DNA of 64,000 nt from Amphiscolops sp. MND2022. Its lineage: Eukaryota. The stretch covers positions 70,248,001 to 70,312,000 of the forward strand of contig OZ076409.1 in NCBI GenBank assembly GCA_964187785.1, written 5' to 3'. The position numbers and the translations under genes were made by a program. The notes under the pieces were generated by a model, which did not search any database, had not been told where the DNA came from, and saw only the letters and a list, made by a program, of their open reading frames with translations. Shown in pieces: positions 39,301 to 51,409 of the stretch. Each line of letters opens with the position of its first letter. Position 1 is the first letter of the stretch.

Positions 39301-42300
39301 GCCAATCACAGCGACGACGATGGGATTGACTGAGGTCTTATATTGGTCCACGTCCTGCTTCCTGAACACTTGAACGAAATTTTGAGATAGTGTACATGAT
39401 GTGAATCATGACACAGCGCTTCTCGACGTTTAATCGAAATGCTGTTAGATTAAATAACTTCTGGTAAAATATTTTGGTTTTTGTTGTTCAGACGCGCTGG
39501 ACGCAGTGATAACTTCATCTAAAGCCACAGTGGTTCTGTCTTATGCCCACTGGTCTGTCAACAGTTTAGATTCCAGAGACATTTTTCTCAACCTAGCCGC
39601 TCATTTCTCTTCGCACAGCAGTGAAACTGAGGATGGTGTTCATTTCGTAGCCATTGATTGTTGGCTTCCTAGTGGAAAATGTCGAAATCAGTCAAGAGGG
39701 CTTTCGTCTTTTCCCAGAATTTCAATCATTGTCCCAGAGGTTGGCATCAAAGTGCGCTATAATGGACCCTTGAGCTTTCAATTGCTGAAACAAGAAATAG
39801 GTTTGTCTTTTTTTTTCTAAAACTTCCATTATTGATCTTCATTTCTCCTGCAGCTGGAATAACATGAAAACCGGTGCTACAGTTTTTCCAGTGTAATTTG
39901 AATATTTTGAACGACTCCGCTTGACTTGGTTTTGCTCAGTTTTTCTCATTCGCTTCACATCGGATGGTCCAAAAAGACATCGCCATCTATTTCATTCAGC
40001 AAAAAGGCTCGAAGTCTGAATTTCTAAACGACCATGCAGAAAAATGACAAAAGATCGCGCGTAACGAAACCGAGATTTGGTGAGAGAGAATATTTTGCGT
40101 CCTTATTGCGAGGAGGGCGTGTTTGCGAAAAGAGTGGAGGGTAATTTATAAATTAGGACAATGTATCACAACTTTTGAATCAACAGAAAAATGTATTTTC
40201 TCCATTCATGCCGATATCTGAGAGATATTTGGTCAAAAAAAGGTATTATAAAATGAAAGCTGAGTTTTTTCAGTTATATTAAATAAATATGAAATTGTCT
40301 TAGGTTTATCAATTTTGATGAGTATCAATGCTTAGTAAAATCGAGAATTTGGTTATTTTGTGCAGAAAGTTTTCACCTTGTCGAATCTGTTAACCAATTA
40401 GCATTAGCATTTTTTGTTTTAGAAAGTCTACTGCAACCCTACATAGTAGTGCGTAGTCTGGAACACCTTAGGTCTGCCCTGACTGGCTCTGCTTTTTCCA
40501 TGGTTATACTTGAAAGTGAAACGAACTCTCACATCCTCAGTGGTCTCTACCAATTGAGAGCCAAGCTGTCTGTAGGAACTTTTCCCTCGCCCTGGTCCAA
40601 ACCCACTCTCATGGTATCCACTTCCAAAGTACTCAATTCATACATGTGCAACATGGATTGTGGACTGAGCTCTCTGCAAGTTAGTTGTATCACGTGCTAC
40701 TTCCGTCAAAGATAGAAATACAGTTATTCTAAGTTACACATCCCATGCACGCTAAGTGCGTCAATATTCATGAAACATCCCTTCAACTGATTACTTTCAA
40801 AATCACTTTCTTACAAAAGATTTTTTTGCCTATTGGGGGAAGCAGCACAAAACCGCAGATTTTGTAAGTACAATTGGTACAAAATAGCCGATTGTTTCTT
40901 GTCATCACGTGCGCGCATTAAACGAAGCTAATTCCAGTTGAATCTGCCTAAATTGTATCGCTAGGGATTGAACAAAACAGTACCAATAATGAAAAACACA
41001 AATTAACCGGATGATACTTTGGCCGTCGCGAAGTGGAGTCTCATTTTGTACGAATAAGAACATGTTTCAGTGCTTGCAATTCGTCGAACTGAAGCAACGA
41101 ATCGTGTTGATCTACAAAGGTCAGAAGGTGGCTAAAGTTTTCATACTGAATAATGGTCCTACTTCCACTGTACAACAGCTTTGGGAAACTATCCAAACCC
41201 TTTATGCACCTGAAAGTGCCCAAAATGCCTGGATCGAAGCCCTCAAGTCTGACCGAGTTCGCTTGCCCAGAACTCAAATGGAAATGGTTGACTCCAGAAT
41301 CATATCGTCTATGACTGAAGTCATCAGCAAGAAATTTGACTTTACCTTTATATTACATTCTTTCGACGAGAATCTTGTCCTTGATTTTTTGGCTCTTAAA
41401 CGGAGTTTAGATTCTTGTAAGAAAAATTACAAAAAGCTTTATTGTTCCACATTGAATCCGGAATTATGTGGTCTTTTGGAAAATAACTGCAGTTTTTGTC
41501 AGTTTTGCTCGAAATATGACAATCTACCTTCAGTGATGCCATTTTTATTGGCCGAAATGAGCAGCCACGGAGACGATGTTAAAAAACAGTTCTTGGAAAC
41601 AATTTTCCGGAAAAGTGTACAGCTCTTTTGCTATTTTTCGATTGAAAATTTGCTTGAAACTCAAAATCTTATCCACAAAGATATCAACATGCAGAAGTCT
41701 TTTTCCGTATGGAGAAGTGCTATTTTTGCAGAGAGCATTGAGAAAAACATTGTTGTTCATAAAATTGTTCCGCTTTCCAGATGTCGACAAAATAGTACCA
41801 TACAGTTTGCTTTTTCGACGTCTTCTGATATCACCCCTTCGCATTCTACCGAAAATGGGCGTAACGAATTTCCTCAGCATGAAAAAAGGACGGACTTTAT
41901 CGACATCTTCGCATACAACACAAAACAGGTGTTCAGAATCAATATCACATCAATTGACGATGCTTTGTCTATCATGGAAGACTTTGTAACTGAAACGTTC
42001 AATATGGCTTCATCTGACAGTCTTTTATTGTACGAATATCCTCCACATTTTATCCACAAGGGGTTGAAACCACTGTCTGACAAGCAAGAAGAAAAAATAG
42101 AAGATACAGAACTCAGTTCAGATAATGTATCTGACAAGTCCTCTTTGGCGAAAAGAGCTGAAATAGTGGTTTCACGCTGTGATACTCAGAAAGTATGGCA
42201 AGGTAACAATTCCATGAATTGTCTGGTGCTCCATTACACAAGCTGGTGTGGTTTCTGCAAAACAGTTCTACATGTATTCCACACAGTGTCTCGTCTGATG

Positions 42301-42567
42301 ACGTCAAAGTTTCCCAACGTCACCGAGTTTGTTCAGATCAACTCTGCAATTGATCACGTGCCTTGGCAACACTCTGTGTCGAAACTTCCGGCCATTGTGT
42401 TTTACCCTGCCGCTTCTTCGGCTGCCGTTCAGAACTCGAACCGGCGAGACTCGCCGTCAAATAAGGGCTCCCGGGTCAATAACTTCACTTATGTTTACCC
42501 TGCTGATGTCGCTATCACAGTTCCAAACTTATACGGCTTCGTGAGGCTTCATTCTGGTGTATATTGA
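33346..42567 (+). CDS. TXNDC11: Thioredoxin domain-containing protein 11-like (EFP1). Exons 33346-33606, 38635-38785, 39492-39800, 40423-40679, 41071-42567
   Basis: MRIRPELIC plus hydrophobic anchor; first Trx-like domain YAHWS...FVAIDCWLPSGKCR...FP...YNGP; C-terminal Trx HYTSWCGFC...VPWQHSVSKLPAIVFYPA; splice phases are consistent. Confidence 0.82.
33681..34049 (+). mobile_element. HINE-like element carrying a 22-bp minisatellite (about 7 copies, 33808-33957)
   Basis: Both family termini; repeat unit TTCGGATATAACGTTTTCAAAG. Confidence 0.8.
34508..34864 (-). mobile_element. HINE-like element (shorter relative of 32328-33039)
   Basis: AACAAGCCGGGAACGG..AAGTCGGCGCC ... GCGCCTACTAAAAA. Confidence 0.7.
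34905..35332 (+). repeat. Degenerate 65-95 bp tandem repeat (TTATATCCGAAGTAAATTGCGTTTTACTAAGGAGG..GGTTCGAA)
   Basis: About 5 units; the same units occur at ~28590-28730, 38060-38370 and inverted at ~53200-53380. Confidence 0.75.
35487..38545 (+). mobile_element. Cluster of HINE-like copies (~35487-36215, 36552-37202, 37935-38545) in TXNDC11 intron 1
   Basis: Repeated 5' TTTAGTCGGCGC...AGAGTCGACTATAGT and 3' CCGACTT(G)GGCC..CTTGTT-type termini. Confidence 0.6.
39218..39413. mobile_element. Fold-back MITE (near-perfect 196-bp hairpin) with TGT...ACA ends and 5-bp TSD CAGCG
   Basis: Arms of about 90 bp are reverse complements with few mismatches; CAGCG at 39213-17 and 39414-18. Confidence 0.85.
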
Positions 42568-43666
42568 TATCAATCTTGACTAGTATTGTTTTTGCTGAGG
42601 TTTGTCTGAGTGTCCAATTCTTATTTTATTGTATTCTCATCAGATTTATGTAGTTATTTATATACTTGAACTTCAGATTATTTATGTCAACTGCACAGTT
42701 TAAAATCAAAAAGGTGCTAGTTTTCCAATTAAATTTAAAACTCAACTTTTTTCATAGTGTAGAGATTTTAGCACTTCATAAAACTGCAGAATCTTTTGAC
42801 TAGTCTTTTTTTCCTGTGTAAACGCTTTGTCGTAAATTTTTGATTTCATTTGTCATTAGCAAAGGCGTTTTAACGCGTTTTCGGACCATATTTCTTTTTA
42901 AAATTTTAAAAATTAATCAGTGATAATGTATTACTAAAGAAAACATCTGACAAGAGATTTCTCATGGTCTGCAAATTATGACCATGTACTGTGTCAGTCC
43001 CTGTTACACTGATGGCACGTAATGGTTAGTTTGTACAACATGATGGTAAGAAACATTGGTTTGAGAAAACATCTTGAATCTCTTGAATATTCTGCGTAGG
43101 CTGGAAAAACACTAAAATTTATCTTACTAAAACTAAAAAAAGTCCCGAACGTCTAAATCCTTTCTTCACTCGCACTCCAAGCAGCTGGTGAGATAAATGC
43201 CATTTACAGAAAGCCAGTGATTATCGATTATTCACTAATATATAGTTCACTGGGAGCTTCGATTACATGCAACGAAACTAATGCAAAAGGTCATTACCGC
43301 TCACTTCAAGTGCAGAGGTGTATTCTCTTTGCAAGTAACTTATAGTACAAGATTTGGACGCTTTTAGTTACACTTAGGGTTCACTGTTTTTTGCTGAATT
43401 CTGAAGTAGGGTTACTCAAAAAGTCTGTCAAGAATTAAAGTTTTACTTCTGTAAATTTCTATGAAAGTTCAATTCCCAAAATATAAGCAAATATTTAGAT
43501 TTTTGTTGAAAACGAGAGCAATCGACATAATTTGATTCTCTAATTGATCCCATAGAAGGCAGGGTTTTGTAAAATTTTGCAGAGCAACGAAAGATTTACG
43601 GAAAAAGCCTTGCGATTTTGTGAATTCGTCATTCGTTTACAGAAGCTGATCAATTTCAGATCGGAG

Positions 43667-46600
43667 ATGATGCTGGCGAGACTTCTTCAACGCACTCCGA
43701 CCTTCACTTCCGTGAAAAGCTTCTGTGCACCTAACACACTGAAAAGTAAGTATAGTGTGCTTTAGTATCTTTTACAGGGCGGTAGAATCTACCAATGTCA
43801 CCGAGAAAAGTTTGTTTCCGTGTTTTTTCGGGAAGTTTTCAAGAATCAAACAAGTTTCCGGCCATAGATTTCAAACCTGCTTCATGATAAGTATCTTTAT
43901 TTTCCAAGAAGAGCGTTTTGGTTGTCGTTTATTTACAGACAGAAACATGTCTTATTAGTGCTGTTTATGAAGGAATACTTTGGAAAGTGTCACGAAATGT
44001 GTCTTTATTTTTGAAGGCTTTAGCGCAAAAAATATGCTGAAGCCATATTTGCAGATGACGTGCTGGAATTACTTTCGCGATCTCATTCACTTCAGTTTAT
44101 TTTATACGCTACAGTTTCTCTGTGAATCCCTTGTTGCAAAAGAGAGGTATACAATTTTTTCCTCAAAGGGTCTTTGCAACAGCTAACGAAAAATACCTCA
44201 GTGCCACTACACCTCTTCAATTTTTAATAACTGTGCCTTTTAGTTTTTCTCTAGACATTTAGACTTTTTCAGGCAAATTTTATAAAGTTTTTGAATGTTT
44301 TCATTGCATTCAATAATCACAGAGCTCATCCACAAGGTTTTTAATTCTTCAGCATATTTTATAATGGACAAGTTTAAAAGATTTCCAAAATGGGCTAAAA
44401 AGTAGTGTTTCAATTTTTTGATGTTTCTGTGCTAGTTTTGAACGTTTTCATGGGTATACGTTTATTGGCTACGCTCGGTCCTTGAAAGTATGTTGTTGGA
44501 TTTCAGCAGTTTTGACTCGAGATATGGGCGGTGGTGGCGGTCAATCGAGATTCGTAATCAGAACTTCTTGGTATCATCGCATCCGATTCGCTCGATCATT
44601 CGTGAGTTTTCTTTCTATTATGTATGTATTTGTCCGTATTTGATTTTCGATTTTGATTTGAATTGAAAATTTTATTGCTGCTTGGTACTTCCTGTACTTT
44701 TTCCAATACTGGTTGGCTGTTTCAGGTTTTTTTCTCATCTTTGACTGGTGTTCCAGTTGCACTGACAATTTATTGGGCAAACACCAGAATAGGTTAGCTA
44801 GACGTTTTGATTCTTCTCAATTCGGAAAGTCTTTCACGTCGATAAACAATTCCGATGCCAAATTATTACAAAACTCATTAGTGAATGACAAACATTTTGA
44901 TTTTTATAGTGAGACTAGCACTATTTTCCTCTCCATGCTGACCGACTAGTTCCTCCAGAAGACTTGAAACACTAGTCATGTATGTATGTAGTAAAGTGGT
45001 ATCGAAAGTGGCAATAAATATCACTTTTGGATAGTTCAAAGATAGTTTTTCTCGAAATTGACAAACTCAATTCCTTTAAAATAGAGCTCAATCAGAAGCT
45101 CGTGACATGTAGCTTCTTTCAAGTGAACCAGGTACGTGATATTTGAGTTCAATAGTAAGGTATCTTTTAAACGATGTTCCGTAACCTCGCTAGTGATTTT
45201 GTCCTCAAATGAGGACAGCGATTTTTTTCACAATCAATAAAAAATTACGAAACGCAAAAAGCGTATAGGAAAACGAAAGTCTGTCTTATCAACAATCTAT
45301 TGGATTATTTGGGGCGAGTTGTTAATTGTGTCAATATAGTTTGTTTTTCGAACCACCGGCAAAAAAGTAACTGGAAAAAAGTGAAAATTTGCAAAAAAAT
45401 ACTTTTCAGAAAATTAGCCTTTTCTCAATAACACAGCAACTGTTTGCTAAGTTACTGTCACACTCTAGTAACTCAGTTTGCCACCAATGAAAACGCATAT
45501 ATAATTTTTTTTTCGACGAAGCTTCATGTAAAAGTTCGACCGGCATTTGAAAGGCCCTGCTATACCGGGTCCGCACCGCCGGGGTGGCGCTCTCACCCCA
45601 AAAAGTGGCGCCAACTCCCAGTTTAATTAGTGTGCATTTGAAAGCTTAGGTAAAAGGCTTTCAGGAGCAGAAAACCGATTTGAGCTGTAGAGAAATTAAG
45701 CATTAAAAGAAATGTTGCCAGTTATTTGTCAATTTTTTGACTTCTCGGGGTGCTGACGAGGTTAAAAAGAAAATTTCCGAAGCGCCGTCTTTTGAGGCAA
45801 CAACTTTCTGGTTAGCAGTCAATGGCTTTGGTAAACAATCAGTTGTCCACAAATTAGATCCCTCAAAAACACTATTAATAGCATCGGCTCGGAATATAAT
45901 GTAGATGTTGTCCTCCAATTTTCGCTGCCTAATAAAGCAGATCAGAAATCTATGAAAGGTTTTGATAACAGGAAAAACTTGCTCGCATCCTCCTAAAAAC
46001 ATTCTCTGCAGTTTGTGAAATGTGAAAAATACAGCTTCGCAAATTTCATGTAAAAATGCACCGAAGTCTAAGATAATAACTGGAGAATTTCGAAGTCAGT
46101 GATTAGAAAAAACGCCTTGCCTCTCCCGTTCGGCTGAAACAGCTGGAACTGATGCCACGTCAGAACGACTAAGTAGCTCCCAAAAACCTAGTAAATTTGA
46201 CACTTTAACTTTGCAACCTATAAAAACATGTATAAAGGTCCGAGCACTTTCAATTGGGGCATGGAGCTATTCGACATCTGAAATTGTCAACTTGCTTTGC
46301 CATGAAATGTCAATACGGGCGAAATCCATACATTGTCCACTGATTTTATATTTTGAATGGCCTAGTAGCCAAAGAAAACATTTAGACTTTCATAGTCTTG
46401 ATCAATTGTTTTCATCAGACGAAAGAGCTAACATTTCATTTCAGGACAGGCGGAATTGGTCGACATCCCAGAAGGCTACGAGCCTGAATATTATGAATAT
46501 TATGCGGTTAGTTGATGTAACTTTCTAATAACTTTGATAGAGGTAGGGTTGATAATCTGACGCATTTTGAAAGGACAGAGTTCCCCTTGAAAGATTTTCA

Positions 46601-47999
46601 ACCGTATTCCCAAAAAAAATTCTGCTTAAACACTGCAAATTGTTGCTGTCGTATAAATAATTTTTGCTGCTCGCAATCAATTTTGTGTTTTCTGATCATC
46701 ATCTGGATCATATGTACAAATTTGATACAAATATGCATCATTACTGTACTTAGTTTGTCTGATGATTGTACCGGTGTTCATAGAATCCCATCACTCGTTT
46801 CTTCGCCAAGCACTTTTGCAGCCACCCCCAGAGGAACTACGAGCGAGCCATGGCTAAGTACGACAAAATGAAGACACAGGTTATCCACAGGTGAGCCGCT
46901 TTTCAAGATGGAATGATCGCTTCACGCGTTCTATTGGAGGAAGTATGTGCCTTAGATTGAAATCTTGCTTTAGAAGTAGTCCTTTGCCATGGAACCCGAT
47001 TAATGAGAGCTTCTCGTTGAGAATCTGTAGAGAAATCCAAAGTTTCCCTGGAATTAAAATAATACTTCTGATGCCATAAGACAAGTACTTGGTTTTTCAG
47101 ACTCGAAACCATTTCAAATTGAATTAGGATAAATTTTCCGTAATCATGTACAAATGTGACGTATTTTAGTGGGCTAGATTTATATTGTTTTGTTAGGGGC
47201 AATTTCTACTTTTGTTTTGACGGACAGTGTTTGAATTTATTCTATAATTTTTATATGATCGCAAGAAGCTGCTATTAAAAATGCAAGAAAACGTTTGCGG
47301 TAAAGTGTTAACATTTTTCCGGTATCGCAATTCATGGATTTGTTGTGTAATTTGACACAGCAGTTCTCAAATTGATTTCACTTCTAGTCAGTATGTCTGT
47401 GGTTGAGAAAAATACTACGACGGAATAGAATGAGGTTTCGTTTTATGGCACAGTGAATAGCATGCATGTATTCGTCAGCATCGAGACGAGATGCAATAGG
47501 AAATCGCCATCTTTTTCCTCAAATCGCCACTTCAAGCAAGTTGGCAGACAGATTCCCAACGCGAGGACCTTTTCAGTTAACACAATAGAAAGCTCAGGAA
47601 CCCGTCATTGTGTGAACAGTGTGGCAAGGGTTTAATCTTTTGCACGTCCGAACAAACGCTAAGCAAGTTTTAGTTTTTAATTGCTTGTTCTTTTATTTTC
47701 GTCCGTCATTTAAGCAACTGTTTGTTGCCTAAATGACGGACGAAAATTCTGTTGATCAAAAAGTAGGAGAAACTGTTAGCAATTGAATTTTGTCTTTTTT
47801 CAGGATGAAGCAGCGAAGAGCAGAAGCTATCAACAGGCGAACTAGTGACTCCATGGATCTCAATACGAAGCCCATCTACAACAGATACCAAAGGGGGCAT
47901 CATTTGTTCGAAATGATGCAGTTCATTCAGTCGCCCAACTACATGTACAATGCAGACAACGTTCTTCCCAACCCTTTCATGGACCAGCCCCCGCACTGA
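43667..47999 (+). CDS. NDUFB5: NADH:ubiquinone oxidoreductase subunit B5 (SGDH). Exons 43667-43745, 44507(or 44510)-44601, 44726-44792, 46445-46506, 46784-46890, 47804-47999
   Basis: Presequence-like MMLARLLQR..., RFVIRTSWYHRIRF, TM segment LTGVPVALTIYWANTRIG, then [41 protein letters not shown]; mostly missed by the ORF track because the exons are small. Confidence 0.88.
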
Positions 48000-49361
48000 A
48001 CAGAATGATTTGATCGCATGATCAATCACATTGAACTCTGAAAATGAACTTGACGTGTATAATAAATTCTAAATTAGTTTGTGGAATTAACACATTTGAG
48101 AACATACATTTCTTGAAGTTTCAGAGAAATATTGAATTAGAAAAGTCACGGGGAGCTAAATTGAATGTGAATTAGAAATTGTCAGGGATGCCCATGTAGC
48201 ACTAGAATAATTTCCTCCGATATTTTCTAGTAGCTCCAATGTTTTTTTTGTTGTCAGCGAATCTGTTGGTACTAATGGAATAATGACTCGCAAAGTCAAA
48301 ATAAATGCTCAAAACAGTGTTTTAGAATTCATACGGGTGATAAATAACATGATGGTGACAAGGTTCATGTGGCTTAGGATAATTTTATGAACATCAATTT
48401 TTTGATCGAGGTGAATGCAAAGAAAAAATGAGTGGAAAATCTCTTCACATTGAAAGTGGAAGCCGAAGCACATATAGAACAATATTTAGGTTTCACTCCC
48501 CGATGCACATTTTGCCGGTCACTGAGGAGGTAGCCTGAGAAGCGCGCATATACCTTGGCCAAAACAAATCCTATAAGCTGCAGTTTATTTCACTAACAAT
48601 TGAAAAGACTGTGATGAAAGTTCAAAAAGCTACCATTTGAACAAATGAGCCGAAAACGTTTCTCCAATTTGATGAGAGCTGAATGTCTGATTACTCTCAA
48701 AGGTTGTTTCAAAATGATTTTCAGCTATTTCTAGTCTTCAAACTATTCTTTCCAATGAAGCTATTCCTTCCTTTACTAGGGCTCCTTTACTTCCTTTCCA
48801 AATTTAAAGTTTTTGTATTAGAACCTAGCGCGTTGAAGACGAAACATTTCATTCCAAAACAAAGGGCACAAAATTTTAGTAGCACTGCATTATTTCATAT
48901 ACTTTATCCAAAATGATCTGAAGAAGGAGTCCCAGTGGTATTGCGATATTTTTCGTATACCCTTACAATACGATTTATGAGGGGCCTCTTTCAGGGTAAA
49001 GAAAACTTTTTCATAAAACAAAAAAAAACGATTCTGTGGCTTTTTTCTCGAGAAGAGAAAGAAATTAATTTCCCCATTACCGCGGGGTGGACGCCGAATA
49101 AGCAGTTCTGCTTTTCTAAGTCGGCGCCCTTTCGCATACTATCTCCCCATAGCAAGCTATGGTACCATATTTGCAGCCAAGTGGTCAAGTAATGGTGGAC
49201 TTGAAGCTGTGGTTTCAAAGTAACTTGCTCAAGGTCACAAAGGTCTGACTACTCACAGTTGCTCTTTTTGTTTTGCTTTTCTCCGCCAAATGCGTTATTT
49301 TTTGTCATTGACCATACCACTAAGCTAGGGATGAAGGACATGCTTAAGAACCAACAATGGT

Positions 49362-49434
49362 GAGTTGAGAGAGATTCGAACCTGATACCGCCCCTGTACA
49401 GGCCGAATGCTCTAACCACTACGTCATGCTCCCC
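49362..49434 (-). repeat. tRNA-derived SINE-like head
   Basis: Minus-strand GGGGAGCATGACGTAGTGGTTAGAGCA...GGTTCGAATCTC (A and B boxes) without a proper acceptor stem. Confidence 0.5.
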
Positions 49435-49948
49435 GTATGCCCGTAATCGTTCGGGTTTGTTGTGAACTCCCACTGGGAAGTATATTGTGAGAAACAATTT
49501 CAACAAAGCCGTAGGAAGATGAAAACATTTTGAGATGAACTTTTCAGAGTAAAAATGACATTTTCCCAACTAAGTATCAAAAAACGTAAAATGTTCAATG
49601 AAAGTCAGAGAAAATCGCTTCGTGTCATAATCACTCAAAGGTGTAACATTTTTGGCTCGAAAAACGCATTTTGGGGAAAAATCGTAAAAAGTCGCGCAGG
49701 CCAAAAAACCGTAGGTTTTTTCCACAAGTATTGCTAAAAATCGCATCAGACTGTCATTTTGAAGGTAGAAGGAAGAAATTTTTGGATTTTTTCTTCACTG
49801 ATTGGAAATAAGAAGCATTTGGTGTTGCTTGATAGTGTAAGACGTGAACACTCGGAATGCGAGACATGATGTTCGCAGAATGATCCTAAGAAAGAACCTC
49901 CGTTCGACTTTTGGAGCATTTTTTGTATAACTTGAAAAGCGTTACTTG

Positions 49949-51409
49949 TAGTGTTGGGATCCCGGGATTTACACCGCGGGGTTCCGGGATTGCTGACAAC
50001 TTGTAAAATTAGTTACAACCTGGGTATATTTCAGATATGAGTGTATCTGTATACTGGGCGCATTACGAGCGACTGGACAGGGAGACCGCAAAGTGTTCAC
50101 ACTGTGCGGAGCAGGTAAAAACGCTTGGAGGTAGCACAAAAGGGTTAATGGCGCATCTCCAGGCAAAGTACGGTGCAGCATTTGAGGCATTGACAGCATT
50201 GAGGGAGAGCGGTCCGTCAGCGTCACCGTCATCCAGCGCACCGAAGAGAAAGAAACTCCAAGCTACAATTCCTGAGTCGTTTGAGCGAGATACACTTCCT
50301 CTTGTATGTAAACAACATATCATCTGGTCATCCATTAGCTCGACTAATGACACGCACAATTTGGAAGATTTCTACGTCATAAAAAGCAGATGATATTGTG
50401 TTTCCAGGTCCTCTCTCGCATGGCTGCTAAAGATGACATTTCGCTCCATACGATTGCTACATCCCACGACATTCGCCAAGGCTTGGTCGCACGTGGTTTT
50501 AAGAAAATTCCAACTGAGCATCATACTATGCGACAGTACTTTCTATCATTTCGAGCAACCGTGCAACATGATCTCAAAAGACTATACGATCAAAGGTCAA
50601 CGACAGTGAAAAGTTTTCTGTCAGCTTTGACGAGTGGACGTCGGTTCGTAATCAGTCCTAGACCCTGTCGCTGCAGTATTTCACAAATTGAGTGAGCGTG
50701 ATTGCAGTCTCTATATTGCCCACGAGAACTGCCAGATGCTGGTTTTTGAGCTTTAGGGATTAGCGGACTCACATGGCAAGAACAATATGGTAGCTAAACT
50801 CTCACAACGGATTAGCGAAAGGCGATGAGTTCTGTGGAATGTATGTAAATTTTTGAAGACATCCGACATCGATGGAGGTACTACCAGCCGAACGGACGTG
50901 AGATTGTACACGCGATTGAGAAGTTGTGGGACAGCCTCCGCATCCCGGAGTCACAGACAGAGATTATTGCAGCAGGACAAGAACATGAGGCACTGCCGGA
51001 GATGTCGTTTAAATAAAGCTCCACGTGATCGGGAAGCCGACAAGTCGACCCGTTCCATGTCTCCTAGTGGAGAGTACGTCTCTGGGCAAAGTTAAACGAG
51101 AGGTAAATTTCTTTATTACCAATGGCACGAAAGGGGTTCTTCTCACAAAAGTTGAGGGGTGGATCGACTCCGTCCAGCCGGCATCAGTGGAAGCTGAGCG
51201 ATACTTTTTCGCTACAAAGCTGAGATCGCGCATGGGCGACGAGCTGCTCTCTGCATTGCAGGAGCTGATGACATATTTCAACGCTAAAACCAAGTGACTA
51301 CCATATCAGTGACACCCGGGTTTCATAAAATCCCGGGATATCCCGGGATCGGTGCGGCAAAAGTCCCGAATCCCTGGATTGCAAAAATGAGCGGGATTTC
51401 CCAACACTA
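49949..51409 (+). mobile_element. hAT DNA transposon, internally deleted (BED finger plus dimerization domain)
   Basis: TIRs TAGTGTTGGGA / TCCCAACACTA; 8-bp TSD GTTACTTG vs GGTACTTG; BED finger YWAHY..AKCSHC...GSTKGLMAHL; PASVEAERYF..KLRSRMGD; subterminal CCGGGAT repeats. Confidence 0.9.

Noticed and set aside
41011..42567. Standalone 518-aa gene (likewise 29092-30381)
   Set aside because: These are terminal exons of TXNDC11 and SKI2, with in-frame acceptors at 41070 and 28904
45560..46300. Possible DNA transposon starting TATACCGGGT in an NDUFB5 intron
   Set aside because: No matching right TIR, TSD or transposase motif found
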